Below, in pieces: positions 1-9,843 of a DNA stretch of 64,000 nucleotides. The stretch spans positions 30,863 through 94,862 of the forward strand of contig JAFWGQ010000001.1 of NCBI GenBank assembly GCA_017512365.1, in the 5' to 3' direction. The translations under genes were made by a program, and so were the position numbers. Under the pieces are notes generated by a model, which had not been told where the DNA came from, ran no database searches, and worked only from the letters and a program-made list of their open reading frames with translations. The first letter of the stretch is position 1; the number at the start of each line of letters is the position of its first letter. The stretch is from Mogibacterium sp. (GTDB lineage: Bacteria; Bacillota; Clostridia; Peptostreptococcales; Anaerovoracaceae).

Positions 1-483
1 ATTGCAGAAGCCAAAAAGAAAGCTGATTCGATCATCGGCAGCGCAAAAACTGAGGCTCAGCAGTACAAGGATACGGCTGAAAAGGAAATCAATATCCTCA
101 GAGAGAGCGCCGAGGTGAGTGCTGACCAGGCCAAGAGGGATGCCGTGCTTGCGTTCAAGTCGGAGATCCAGGCGGAGTTCGAAAAGATACTCTCGGCCGG
201 AATCAGCAAGGAGCTTTCCGGAGAGGCTCTCGGCAAACTGATCCGCGCGGCTGTTGCCGGTGAGGATATCTCAAATTATACTGCGGAGGTAGCCGAGGTG
301 AGCGATGCTCTCAAGAGCGAACTTGCCAAGGAGATCAAGGGCGGACTGGAGATCAGACCGTCCAGGAACGTGCAGCAGGGTTTCCGCCTTGCATCCAAGG
401 ACGGATCCGGTTATTTTGACTGCTCGGATGAAGGAATCATGGAGATGCTGATGCCATACTTCAGAGATCTGGATTTCCAGTAA
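1..483 (+). CDS. V-type ATP synthase subunit E (5' end cut by window edge)
   Basis: Frame 1 is open from nt 1 (IAEAKKKADSIIGSAKTEAQQYKD...). It is a charged coiled-coil-like protein lying first in an operon with V-ATPase A/B/D/I/K. Confidence 0.7.
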   Translation: MAEAKKKADSIIGSAKTEAQQYKDTAEKEINILRESAEVSADQAKRDAVLAFKSEIQAEFEKILSAGISKELSGEALGKLIRAAVAGEDISNYTAEVAEVSDALKSELAKEIKGGLEIRPSRNVQQGFRLASKDGSGYFDCSDEGIMEMLMPYFRDLDFQ

Positions 484-498
484 AGAAGGAGGCGCAGC

Positions 499-1020
499 AT
501 GGCTTCGTATTATTATCTGATTCCAAGCCTGCCTGAACTGAGAGCGGACGGTGAAATGCCGCTGACATACAGCGAATTTCTGAACTGCTGCCAGGGGAAC
601 GTAAGCGAATCGACCTACGAGCTTCTTAAGGATCTCGAACTGTCATCGGCAGAGGGACCGCTGGTAAGCGAATGGGCGCAGTTCTACGGGATGCTCATGA
701 AGGAACTCAATTACCAGAGGAGCATGAATCTCGGAAAGAGCTATTCATCGGCATACGACAAGGACGGTATCATCGCTCAGGTCGTTGCATCCGCCCTGTC
801 GGCGAAGAATCCGCTCGAAGCCGAGAAGCTGTTGCTGGAATACGAGTTCGAGAATCTCGATTCACTTGTCGGACTGCACATGTTCGATGACTATGTGCTT
901 TTCGGATATGCTATCAAACTGAAACTGCTGGAACGTCTTAACTGTTTCGAGCAGACTAAGGGCAAGGCTGAATTCAACTCCCTGTTCGAGGGATTACAGC
1001 AGCAAGTATACAGTTTGTAA
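499..1020 (+). CDS. DUF2764-like protein associated with V-ATPase operons
   Basis: The N-terminus MASYYYLIPSLPEL and the 173 aa size match what I remember of the DUF2764 family. It sits between subunits E and A. RBS GAAGGAGG lies upstream. Confidence 0.6.
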   Translation: MASYYYLIPSLPELRADGEMPLTYSEFLNCCQGNVSESTYELLKDLELSSAEGPLVSEWAQFYGMLMKELNYQRSMNLGKSYSSAYDKDGIIAQVVASALSAKNPLEAEKLLLEYEFENLDSLVGLHMFDDYVLFGYAIKLKLLERLNCFEQTKGKAEFNSLFEGLQQQVYSL

Positions 1021-1032
1021 CAGGAGTGTTAT

Positions 1033-2760
1033 ATGAAGACAGAAACAGGATATGTAGCCGGAGTCAACGGAAACCTGATCAAAGTTGATTTCGATGGCTC
1101 CGTTCGAAAGAATGAAGTTGGTTACATCCTCGTTGGTGACAAACGCCTCAAGGGAGAGGTCATACGTATCAACAACGGGGAGGTAAGCATGCAGATCTAC
1201 GAGATGACAGACGGCATCAAGGTCGGCGACCCTGTAGAGTTCACCGGCGAGCTCATGTCCGTAGATCTGGGTCCGGGACTGCTGACCCAGGTATTTGACG
1301 GTCTGCAGAACCCGCTGCCTGAGCTTGCAGAGCAGTGCGGGTTTTTCCTGGAAAGAGGCGTGTACCTCGACGCGATCCCTGACCGCGACTGGGAATTCAC
1401 GCCGAAAGTAAAGATCGGCGACCGCGTACAGGCGGGCAGCACCGTCGGCACAGTGCCTGAGGGCCTGTTCACCCACCACATCATGGTCCCGTTCACACTC
1501 AAAGGAACCGACTGGACCGTGGATTCGATCAAATCCGCGGGAACATACAACGTGCACGATACGGTATGCACGATAGTCAACGGCAAGGGAGAGAAAAGGG
1601 ATCTTACCATGATCTTCACCCAGCCGGTAAAGCAGGCGGTCAAGTGCTACGCGGAGAGGCTTCGTCCGAATGAACCTCTGGTAACGAAGATCCGCTGTAT
1701 CGACTCTTTCCTGCCGGTAGCCAAGGGCGGCACATTCTGCACCCCGGGACCGTTCGGCGCCGGAAAGACGGTACTGCAGCACATGCAGGCCAAGAACTCC
1801 GATGTTGACATCGTAATCGTAGCGGCCTGCGGAGAGCGTGCCGGCGAGGTAGTAGAAGTGCTGAAGGAGTTCCCTGAACTGACCGACCCTAAGACAGGCC
1901 GCTCGCTCATGGAAAGAACGATCATCATCTGCAACACCTCGTCCATGCCGGTAGCTGCCAGAGAGGCGTCCTGCTATACAGCAGTGACACTGGCCGAATA
2001 CTACAGACAGATGGGACTCGACGTGCTGCTTCTCGCTGACTCGACGAGCCGCTGGGCTCAGGCGATGCGTGAGATGTCCGGACGTCTTGAGGAGATCCCG
2101 GGCGAGGAAGCCTTCCCGGCCTACCTCGAATCGACTATCGCGACCTTCTACGAGAGAGCCGGCAAGGTCCGCCTCAACAGCGGCGAGATCGCCTCGATCA
2201 CCATCGGCGGTACGGTATCCCCGGCCGGCGGTAACTTCGAAGAGCCTGTGACGCAGGCTACCCTGAAGGTAGTAGGAGCGTTCCACGGACTTGCCAGAGA
2301 GCGTTCAGACGCGCGTAAGTATCCGGCCATCCATCCGGTGGAATCCTGGTCGAAATACGTGGGCGTCGTCGACATGGACCGCATCAACACGGCGCGCGGG
2401 ATACTCATCAGAAGCACGGAGGTCAACCAGATGATGAAGGTAGTCGGCGAGGAAGGTACTTCCAGCGAGGACTACATCATCTACCAGAAGGGAGAGCTCC
2501 TGGACGCGGTATATCTGCAGCAGAACTCGTTCGACCCTATCGACCAGGCCTGCATGCCTGACCGGCAGCGCAGAGAGTTCGATGTGCTCTACGATGCGAT
2601 GATGCAGACGTACGATATTACTGACAAGAAGGAGATCAGAGCGTTCTTCAACCAGCTCAGACAGGAATTCCTCGACTGGCACGGCACTGAGTTCGAGACA
2701 AAGGAGTTCGAGGCTCAGCAGAAGAAGATCACTGACTTCTACATGTCTAAAGTAGGTTAG
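1033..2760 (+). CDS. atpA: V-type ATP synthase catalytic subunit A
   Basis: 575 aa with Walker A GPFGAGKT and the LLADSTSRWAQAMREMS and PAYLES motifs typical of V/A-type A subunits. Confidence 0.95.
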   Translation: MKTETGYVAGVNGNLIKVDFDGSVRKNEVGYILVGDKRLKGEVIRINNGEVSMQIYEMTDGIKVGDPVEFTGELMSVDLGPGLLTQVFDGLQNPLPELAEQCGFFLERGVYLDAIPDRDWEFTPKVKIGDRVQAGSTVGTVPEGLFTHHIMVPFTLKGTDWTVDSIKSAGTYNVHDTVCTIVNGKGEKRDLTMIFTQPVKQAVKCYAERLRPNEPLVTKIRCIDSFLPVAKGGTFCTPGPFGAGKTVLQHMQAKNSDVDIVIVAACGERAGEVVEVLKEFPELTDPKTGRSLMERTIIICNTSSMPVAAREASCYTAVTLAEYYRQMGLDVLLLADSTSRWAQAMREMSGRLEEIPGEEAFPAYLESTIATFYERAGKVRLNSGEIASITIGGTVSPAGGNFEEPVTQATLKVVGAFHGLARERSDARKYPAIHPVESWSKYVGVVDMDRINTARGILIRSTEVNQMMKVVGEEGTSSEDYIIYQKGELLDAVYLQQNSFDPIDQACMPDRQRREFDVLYDAMMQTYDITDKKEIRAFFNQLRQEFLDWHGTEFETKEFEAQQKKITDFYMSKVG

Positions 2761-2778
2761 CTGAGAGGACGGTGTGAT

Positions 2779-4074
2779 ATGCAAAAGGTATATACGAAAA
2801 TAGAATCGATCGTAGGCAACGTAGTCACCGTCCGTGCCGAGGGAGTCAGAAACGGCGACCTTGCGCTCGTAGGAGACAGCTATGCCAACGTCATCAAGCT
2901 TGAGAAGGACATGGTGTCCCTCCAGGTATTCGCGGGAGCTCAGGGCGTCAGCACGACAGACCCTGTACGCTTCCTCGGCAGACCGATGATGGTATCCTTC
3001 TCGGAGCATCTGCTCGGCCGCGTTTTCGACGGAGCCGGAGTGCCGAGAGACAACGGTCCTGCCCTTACTGAAAACATGATCCCTATCGGCGGTCCTTCAT
3101 TCAACCCGGCGAAGAGGATCCTTCCTAACAAGATGGTACGTACCGGTATCCCGATGATCGACGTGTTCAACACGCTGGTTGAGAGCCAGAAGCTCCCGAT
3201 CTTCTCCATCTCAGGAGAACCTTACAACCAGCTGCTGTCGAGGATCGCGATGCAGGCCGAGGTAGACATCATCATCCTCGGAGGCATGGGACTCAAGTAC
3301 GACGACTACATGGAGTTCCGCGACACGCTCGAAAAGGGCGGCGCCATGAGCCACACTGTAATGTTCATCCATACCGCTGCGGACCCTATCGTAGAATGCA
3401 CGCTGGTGCCTGACATGTCGCTGGCTGTCGCAGAGCAGTTCGCCCTTGAGGGAAAGAGAGTGCTCGTGCTGCTGACAGACATGACCAACTTCGCCGACGC
3501 CCAGAAGGAAATGGCGATCACGATGGAGCAGGTACCGTCGAACCGTGGTTATCCGGGCGACCTGTACAGCTGCCTCGCCTCGCGTTATGAAAAGGCCGTG
3601 GATATCGAAGGAGCGGGCTCCATCACCATCCTCGGAGTAACGACGATGCCGGGCGACGACGTAACCCACCCGGTGCCTGACAACACAGGGTACATCACAG
3701 AGGGTCAGTTCTATCTCAAGGGCGGCCACATCGAGCCGTTCGGTTCGCTGTCGCGTCTGAAACAGAACGTAAACGGCAAGACAAGGGACGACCACCGTGC
3801 GCTGATGGACGGCATGATCAAGCTCTACGCCCAGTACAAGGAATCCCTCGAAAAGAAATCCATGGGATTCAACATGACTGAGTGGGACGACAAGCTCCTG
3901 AAGTATGGCGAGCTCTTCGAGTCGAAGATGATGGACCTGTCAGTAAACATCCCGCTTGAGGACGCGCTCGATCTCGGCTGGGACATCCTTGCAGACTGCT
4001 TCGATCCTGTAGAGACGGGAATGAAGACGAGTCTGATCGAGGAGAGATGGCCGAACAGGGAAGCGCTGGCTTAA
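2779..4074 (+). CDS. atpB: V-type ATP synthase subunit B
   Basis: 431 aa with typical B-subunit blocks ([28 protein letters not shown]). It directly follows subunit A. Confidence 0.95.
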   Translation: MQKVYTKIESIVGNVVTVRAEGVRNGDLALVGDSYANVIKLEKDMVSLQVFAGAQGVSTTDPVRFLGRPMMVSFSEHLLGRVFDGAGVPRDNGPALTENMIPIGGPSFNPAKRILPNKMVRTGIPMIDVFNTLVESQKLPIFSISGEPYNQLLSRIAMQAEVDIIILGGMGLKYDDYMEFRDTLEKGGAMSHTVMFIHTAADPIVECTLVPDMSLAVAEQFALEGKRVLVLLTDMTNFADAQKEMAITMEQVPSNRGYPGDLYSCLASRYEKAVDIEGAGSITILGVTTMPGDDVTHPVPDNTGYITEGQFYLKGGHIEPFGSLSRLKQNVNGKTRDDHRALMDGMIKLYAQYKESLEKKSMGFNMTEWDDKLLKYGELFESKMMDLSVNIPLEDALDLGWDILADCFDPVETGMKTSLIEERWPNREALA

Positions 4075-4089
4075 CAAAGGAGCGTGTCC

Positions 4090-4698
4090 ATGGCTATCAA
4101 ACTAACCAAGAACGAGCTGAAGAAGCAGAAGGACAACCTTAAGCAGTTCCAGCGCTATCTTCCGACGCTGCAGCTCAAAAAGCAGCAGCTCCAGTCGGTG
4201 ATAATGGGCATACGCAACGAGCTGGAAAGCAAGGAAGCCGAACGCATTCAGATGATTGGTGACCTGGACGACTGGATAGCAGTATTCGCAGAGAATGAGA
4301 TCTTCGACGAAGACAAGAAACTCGACCGGCTGGTGCAGCCGGACAGGGTGATCGTCAAGGACGAGAACGTGGCGGGAGTCACGATCCCGGCCTTCGAGGA
4401 GCTCACGTTCAAGGACATCAACTACGATGTGGACGACTATCCGCTGTGGGTCGACACTGCATGCTTCAAGCTGCGTGAGATCGCCAGGCTGGACGCGATA
4501 GTCTCGACGCTGAAGAAGCAGACGGAGCTTCTTGAACAGGAACTCCGGACGACTTCCCAGAGGGTCAACCTTTTCGAAAAGGTCAAGATCCCGGAAGCCA
4601 AGGAGAACATCCGCGTCATCCAGGTATACCTGGGAGACCAGCAGACAGCTGCCGTTGTCCGCGGTAAGATCTCGAAGAAGAAATTAGTGGAGGTATAG
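4090..4698 (+). CDS. atpD: V-type ATP synthase subunit D
   Basis: The N-terminus AIKLTKNELKKQKDNLKQFQRYLPTLQLKKQQL is a typical D-subunit coiled coil. ATG 4090 lies 7 nt after RBS AAAGGAG, so the GTG at 4084 in the ORF track is too close to the RBS. Confidence 0.9.
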   Translation: MAIKLTKNELKKQKDNLKQFQRYLPTLQLKKQQLQSVIMGIRNELESKEAERIQMIGDLDDWIAVFAENEIFDEDKKLDRLVQPDRVIVKDENVAGVTIPAFEELTFKDINYDVDDYPLWVDTACFKLREIARLDAIVSTLKKQTELLEQELRTTSQRVNLFEKVKIPEAKENIRVIQVYLGDQQTAAVVRGKISKKKLVEV

Positions 4699-4700
4699 CG

Positions 4701-6524
4701 ATGGTAGAAAAAATGAAAATGGTTCACATCGTAACGACTGCCTCCCGTAAGGACGAGATGCTCAGAGCGCTCCGCGATGTGGGAGTGATGCATCTCGCTG
4801 AAAAGCAAAGTGCAGATCGTGAAGTATCGGAACGCTTCCAGACACTGTCGCGTACGGCGATGGCCCTCGGCGACTATGCTGAAAAGAAGCAGGAGCCTGC
4901 GGGCGAGATACTGAGCGATGATGAATTCAACAAAATGTATGCGGGCGTGCTCGAAGCGATCGACCGCAAGGCGGCTCTCGGCCAGGAGATAAGCAGTGCG
5001 AATACCGAGATCGACAGGATCCGGGCGTGGGGCGAATTCTCGCCGGCTGAGCTCGAAGCTCTCAGAAGCGAGGGATACGATCTTCACTTCTACCGCATGG
5101 GCGACAAGGAGCTCGAAGCGGCTCTCGGAAACGAGGACGTGAAGCTCATAAGGCTTGCCCCTGTGGACAAGCAGGCGGCTGTTGCTGTATTCGGCACACT
5201 TCCTGCGGAGATCCCTGCAACGGAGTTCATGCCGCCGGAAAAGAGCATGTCGGAGTTCGAGGCGGACATAAAGACCGCCGAGGCGGGCATAGAAGAGTGC
5301 AATGCGACCCTGAAGGAAGCCTCAGTATACGGAAAGAGCTTCAAGGCTCAGCTGCTCAAGGCCAGCAACGAGCTCAATTATGCGACTGCTGATGCGACTG
5401 TCCGGGGCGATGAGGACTTCGTCTGGCTCTCGGGGTACATCCCTGAAGTCGACATGGACAAGTTCAGGGCGATGGCAGAGCAGACACAGTGCGCATGGGC
5501 TGCAGATGATGTAGCAGAAGACGACGAGCAGATACCTACAAAGCTGAGATATAACAAGGTATCGAAGCTTATCGAGCCGGTATTCAACATCCTCGGCATA
5601 CTGCCGGGATACAGGGAGCAGGACGTCTCGCTGTGGTTCCTCCTGTTCTTCACTCTGTTCTTCGCAATGATAATCGGAGACGGAGGATACGGCGTGCTCA
5701 TACTGCTCGGCACCATAGCTCTCAGAGTAAAGACGAAAGAGAGCTCAACGGTGACCTTCCTGCTCTTCGTACTGTCGATCGCCACCATCGTGTGGGGCGC
5801 CGTCACAGGCACATGGTTCGGCATGGAGAGCGCCATGAAGGTGCCGTTCCTGAAGGCTCTGGTCATACCGAGTCTGGCTACGTACCCTGAGTACTTCGGC
5901 CTTACAAGCAACGCGACGCAGAACGCGATAATGAAATTCTCGTTCTCGATAGGCGCGGTACAGATGGCTCTCGGATCCATCCTGGCCATAAAGGACAAGC
6001 TGGCCAAGAAAGACCTTTCGTGGGTCGCGAATCTCGGATGGGCTATAGCGGTAATCGCGATGTACCTGCTGGCTCTGAATCTGGTCATACACGACCCGAT
6101 ACCTCTGAAGCCGGTATTCGCCATGATAGGCGTAGCCTTCGTCCTGGTGCTGCTCTTCGGCGGAATGTCGCCTGAACTGAGCTTCGCGCAGGGACTGAAG
6201 GCGGGTCTTGCGAATGCGTTCACGGACTTCCTTGACACCATCAGCTGCTTCGGCAACGTAATGAGTTACATCAGACTGTTCGCGGTCGGCATGGCCGGCG
6301 TCGCGATCTCGCAGAGCTTCAACGGGATCGCGGCCAGCATGAGCGGTCCTCTGATCATACTCGGTGTCCTGGTCGTGCTTATAGGCCACGCACTCAACAT
6401 AATAATGTGTTTCCTGTCGGTAGTCGTTCACGGCGTGCGTCTGAACGTACTCGAGTTCTCGGGCCAGGTCGGTCTCGAGTGGACAGGACTCCCTTACGAG
6501 CCATTCAAAGAGCTTGAAAAATAA
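4701..6524 (+). CDS. atpI: V-type ATP synthase subunit I (membrane a-subunit)
   Basis: 607 aa with a soluble N-terminal half and a polytopic C-terminal half containing MSYIRLFAVGMAG (the conserved Arg helix). Operon context supports the call. Confidence 0.9.
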   Translation: MVEKMKMVHIVTTASRKDEMLRALRDVGVMHLAEKQSADREVSERFQTLSRTAMALGDYAEKKQEPAGEILSDDEFNKMYAGVLEAIDRKAALGQEISSANTEIDRIRAWGEFSPAELEALRSEGYDLHFYRMGDKELEAALGNEDVKLIRLAPVDKQAAVAVFGTLPAEIPATEFMPPEKSMSEFEADIKTAEAGIEECNATLKEASVYGKSFKAQLLKASNELNYATADATVRGDEDFVWLSGYIPEVDMDKFRAMAEQTQCAWAADDVAEDDEQIPTKLRYNKVSKLIEPVFNILGILPGYREQDVSLWFLLFFTLFFAMIIGDGGYGVLILLGTIALRVKTKESSTVTFLLFVLSIATIVWGAVTGTWFGMESAMKVPFLKALVIPSLATYPEYFGLTSNATQNAIMKFSFSIGAVQMALGSILAIKDKLAKKDLSWVANLGWAIAVIAMYLLALNLVIHDPIPLKPVFAMIGVAFVLVLLFGGMSPELSFAQGLKAGLANAFTDFLDTISCFGNVMSYIRLFAVGMAGVAISQSFNGIAASMSGPLIILGVLVVLIGHALNIIMCFLSVVVHGVRLNVLEFSGQVGLEWTGLPYEPFKELEK

Positions 6525-6584
6525 CGTTACTTTGATCCCAAGCGCTGCGAAGGATCTGAAAACTAAAAGAAAAGGAGAACAATT

Positions 6585-7022
6585 ATGAATCTTGCACTTA
6601 TAGGTATGGCTGCGGCCCTTGGTTTATCTGCTGCCGGTTCGGCGTTCGGTGCCGGATTTGCCGGTATGTCTGCAGTAGGAGCATGGAAGAAGTGCTACGC
6701 TAGCGGCAAGCCTGCTCCGTTCATCATGATCGCTTTCACCGGTGCGCCTCTTACACAGACCATTTACGGCTTTCTGCTGATGAACTTCATCAACGGCAGC
6801 GCTGCCGACAATCCGGGACTCGCTCTCGGCGTAGGTCTCTTCGGAGGACTCGCGATCGGCATGTCCGCTCTGTTCCAGGGCAAGTGCGCGGCGGCATCCG
6901 CTGACGCTCTCGGCGCAACAGGAAAAGGTACTGCGAACTACTTCATCGTTATCGGTATCGTAGAGACAGTAGCTCTGTTCACGCTCGTATTCGGACTGCT
7001 GCTTCTCAACAGCGCCGGCTAA
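6585..7022 (+). CDS. atpK: V-type ATP synthase subunit K (proteolipid c-ring)
   Basis: 145 aa, Gly/Ala-rich and very hydrophobic (GVGLFGGLAIGMSALFQG). It is the last gene of the operon. Confidence 0.9.
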   Translation: MNLALIGMAAALGLSAAGSAFGAGFAGMSAVGAWKKCYASGKPAPFIMIAFTGAPLTQTIYGFLLMNFINGSAADNPGLALGVGLFGGLAIGMSALFQGKCAAASADALGATGKGTANYFIVIGIVETVALFTLVFGLLLLNSAG

Positions 7023-7052
7023 TAAGCGCTTCATAAACTGAATATTATTGAA

Positions 7053-7084
7053 ACAGGAGCCTTTGACCGGGCTCCTGTTTTTAT
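7053..7084 (+). terminator. Rho-independent terminator of the V-ATPase operon
   Basis: Stem ACAGGAGCC / GGCTCCTGT followed by a T-run. Confidence 0.8.
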
Positions 7085-7102
7085 GCAGGCTGACGATGAC
7101 AT

Positions 7103-7126
7103 AAAAAACCGGCATTGCTGCCGGCT
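7103..7126 (-). terminator. Rho-independent terminator for the convergent minus-strand gene
   Basis: Stem CCGGCA-ttgc-TGCCGG preceded by AAAAAA on the plus strand, which is a T-run on the minus strand. Confidence 0.65.
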
Positions 7127-7158
7127 GTTATTATGTTAAGATTTTTGACGTTATATTA

Positions 7159-8169
7159 TTATTTTTCCCATGAAACCTGGTCGCGGTAGCTTCCGAACGG
7201 CGTTACCGGCAGGTATACATTCATGAGGAAATTGCGGTCCTCGATGTGTTTTTCATCCATGCTCAGTCTTATGCAGACAGCCCAGCCGCCGTCGAATGTC
7301 AGCTGCAGAGTGTCCCTGGATATCTCGCCGTACTTGCCGGTAGCCATCCTTACATCCAGAAGTTCGGTCGGGAACCTTACAGGCTGGATGGTATGGTTCG
7401 AGTTGTTAGGCATGCATCCGAGCCCGCCGTGGGAATTGACGCAGCCGATGCGGGTGAGTTCCAGCTCCGGTATAGGCTTTATGAAATAGTAGTCGTATTT
7501 GCCGTAGAAGAAATCGAGCATCTTCTGCGGAGCCTCCGGATGATACCTGCAGATGCGCGGCAGCTCGTCGCCTATGGCCTTCAGCATCGGTCCGATGAGC
7601 TTGCCGTAGAGGAATTCATCCTCGGACAGAAGCTCGTGCCATGTTTCGGTGTCGTACGGCTCAAAGGACTGAAGTATCTCATTCATGTCCATGAAGTACT
7701 CGTTCGAGCAAGGCACATGGAATATCCTTTCGCCGAAATCGTCTATCTCGTTGAACCTGCTGACGAAGTTGTCCTCGCGCATGTTAGGGCTGCGGTCTGC
7801 GACCTTCATCGACGAGAGCACGTTGGCGTCGCTCTTGACGGAGATCGAGACATGCCAGTCGAACTCCGGACGCTCGATGAGTATCTCGCCGAATGAGTCC
7901 TCTTCGAGCTCTCTCACGAGATAGTTGAAACGGATCCTGAGAGGCTCGCCTCCCTTGAGGAAGACATACGGCTCTTTTGACGTGATGCGCCTGACGGCAG
8001 GTCTTGCCTGTCTGTCGGCGAGCTTTTTGTCAGCGCCGCGGGCCTTGTCCCAGACTTTCAGAAAATACTTGTACTCCTCGTCATCCCTGAACTCATAAGG
8101 GACATTCCTGTCCTGCAGTATGCTCTCGAGTGACCATGCTGTAGCTGCTACGAGCAGTTCGTTTATCAT
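7159..8169 (-). CDS. Hypothetical protein, 336 aa, no family recognised
   Basis: A long ORF convergent with the V-ATPase operon, with its own terminator. Composition looks like a normal soluble protein, with no TM segment or signal peptide. Confidence 0.6.
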   Translation of the reverse strand: MINELLVAATAWSLESILQDRNVPYEFRDDEEYKYFLKVWDKARGADKKLADRQARPAVRRITSKEPYVFLKGGEPLRIRFNYLVRELEEDSFGEILIERPEFDWHVSISVKSDANVLSSMKVADRSPNMREDNFVSRFNEIDDFGERIFHVPCSNEYFMDMNEILQSFEPYDTETWHELLSEDEFLYGKLIGPMLKAIGDELPRICRYHPEAPQKMLDFFYGKYDYYFIKPIPELELTRIGCVNSHGGLGCMPNNSNHTIQPVRFPTELLDVRMATGKYGEISRDTLQLTFDGGWAVCIRLSMDEKHIEDRNFLMNVYLPVTPFGSYRDQVSWEK

Positions 8170-8352
8170 AATGAAGTCCTCCGTACATATATATTGAATG
8201 AAGATATCTTTTGCTTAAGTCAGCTCGGCAACGCCGTTACAATCTATATTATAGACTATGAAAGGTAAAAAAACACTAATGCGTGATGTTTTTAACCTGC
8301 ATTTTTTATGCTAAAATTATCTGGAATCAGGGGCAACTGCGAGAGGAGCGAC

Positions 8353-9843
8353 ATGACGGACATAACCAGGCTGCAGAACGGCAGCGATATAAGAGGCATT
8401 GCTTCGGAAGGCGTGCCGGGCGAGGAAGTAAACATCACGAAGGAGACGGCAGGCCAGATAACGGGGGCTTTCTGCTACTGGCTTTCAAAGAAGGTACAGA
8501 AGAACCCTGTAATGCTCAGCATATGCGTGGGAATGGATCCGAGAATCTCGGGGCCTGAGCTGAAGGAGGGCGTGTTCGAGGCCATAAGCCTCTGGGGCGC
8601 TCACGGCAGCGATGCCGGCATAGCGACGACTCCGGCGATGTTCATGTCGACCGTCCTTCCGTATTTCGAATTCGACGGCGCTGTCATGATCACGGCCAGC
8701 CATCTTCCGTACAACAGGAACGGCTTCAAGTTCTTTACAGCCGAGGGAGGCCTCGGGAAGGAGGATGTCGCCGAGATACTCAGGCTCGCCGCGCGCTACA
8801 ACTTCATAGGCGGAGTCTATGATGAGGATCCGGTCAACGTGATGCCGATGTACGCTGCATATCTGCGCCAGATGATAACTCAGGGCCTGGCTGATGTGCC
8901 CGGCTACCTGAAGGGCATGCACATCGTGGTGGACGCAGGCAACGGAGCCGCGGGATTCTTCGCGACAGATGTCCTGGAGCCTCTCGGCGCCGACATAAGC
9001 GGGAGCCTTTATCTTGAGCCTGACGGCCGCTTCCCGAACCATCCGGCGAACCCGGAGGACAGGGAGGCCATGGCCTCGATATGCGGGGCGGTGAAGGACA
9101 GCGGCGCTGACCTCGGCATCATCTTCGATACCGACGGTGACAGATCGGCCGCGGTCGGACCGGGAGGAAAGCCCATAGCACGAAACGAGATGGTCGCTCT
9201 TGCGGCGGCGCTCGCGGCGGAGGATCATCCGGGCGGCACCGTAGTCACGGACAGCATCACTTCCGACGAACTGCACGACTTCCTCGAAAAGAAGCTGGGG
9301 CTCAGGCACTTCAGATATAAAAGGGGCTACAGGAACGTCATCGGCAAGGCACAGGAGCTCCGCGATCAGGGAGAGGACGCCTTTCTCGCCATAGAGACAT
9401 CCGGCCACGCCGCGTATTCCGACAATTATTTTCTTGACGACGGAGCCTTTCTCGCGGTGCAGATCGTGGTCAACGCCGCAAGGCTGAAGCGCAAGGGCAG
9501 GGACATAACGGCCCTGATCAAAGGACTGGGGTCGCCTGCCGAGTCGGAGGAGTTCAGGCTGAAGATAAAGGCCGCGGACTTCAGGAAGTACGGCATGGGC
9601 GTGCTCGAGGATTTCGAGAAATGGGCCGAGTATTCGAACAGATTCGAGGTCGTCAGACCGAACTACGAGGGAGTGAGAGTCAATTACAGGCTCGACGGCG
9701 CGTGCGGATGGTTCCTCTTAAGGATGTCGCTTCACGATCCGGTGATGCCTCTCAACATCGAATCTGACGAAAAGGGCGGAGTCGAAAAGGCCCTCGCAGA
9801 GATACGTGAATTCATGAAGGGATATAAAGAGATAGAGTTTTAA
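8353..9843 (+). CDS. Phosphomannomutase/phosphoglucomutase-family phospho-sugar mutase
   Basis: It has the active-site loop ITASHLPYNRNGFKFF, the metal loop FDTDGDR and four-domain length. ATG 8353 is preceded by GAGAGGAG, whereas the ORF-track start 8308 has no RBS. Confidence 0.85.
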   Translation: MTDITRLQNGSDIRGIASEGVPGEEVNITKETAGQITGAFCYWLSKKVQKNPVMLSICVGMDPRISGPELKEGVFEAISLWGAHGSDAGIATTPAMFMSTVLPYFEFDGAVMITASHLPYNRNGFKFFTAEGGLGKEDVAEILRLAARYNFIGGVYDEDPVNVMPMYAAYLRQMITQGLADVPGYLKGMHIVVDAGNGAAGFFATDVLEPLGADISGSLYLEPDGRFPNHPANPEDREAMASICGAVKDSGADLGIIFDTDGDRSAAVGPGGKPIARNEMVALAAALAAEDHPGGTVVTDSITSDELHDFLEKKLGLRHFRYKRGYRNVIGKAQELRDQGEDAFLAIETSGHAAYSDNYFLDDGAFLAVQIVVNAARLKRKGRDITALIKGLGSPAESEEFRLKIKAADFRKYGMGVLEDFEKWAEYSNRFEVVRPNYEGVRVNYRLDGACGWFLLRMSLHDPVMPLNIESDEKGGVEKALAEIREFMKGYKEIEF

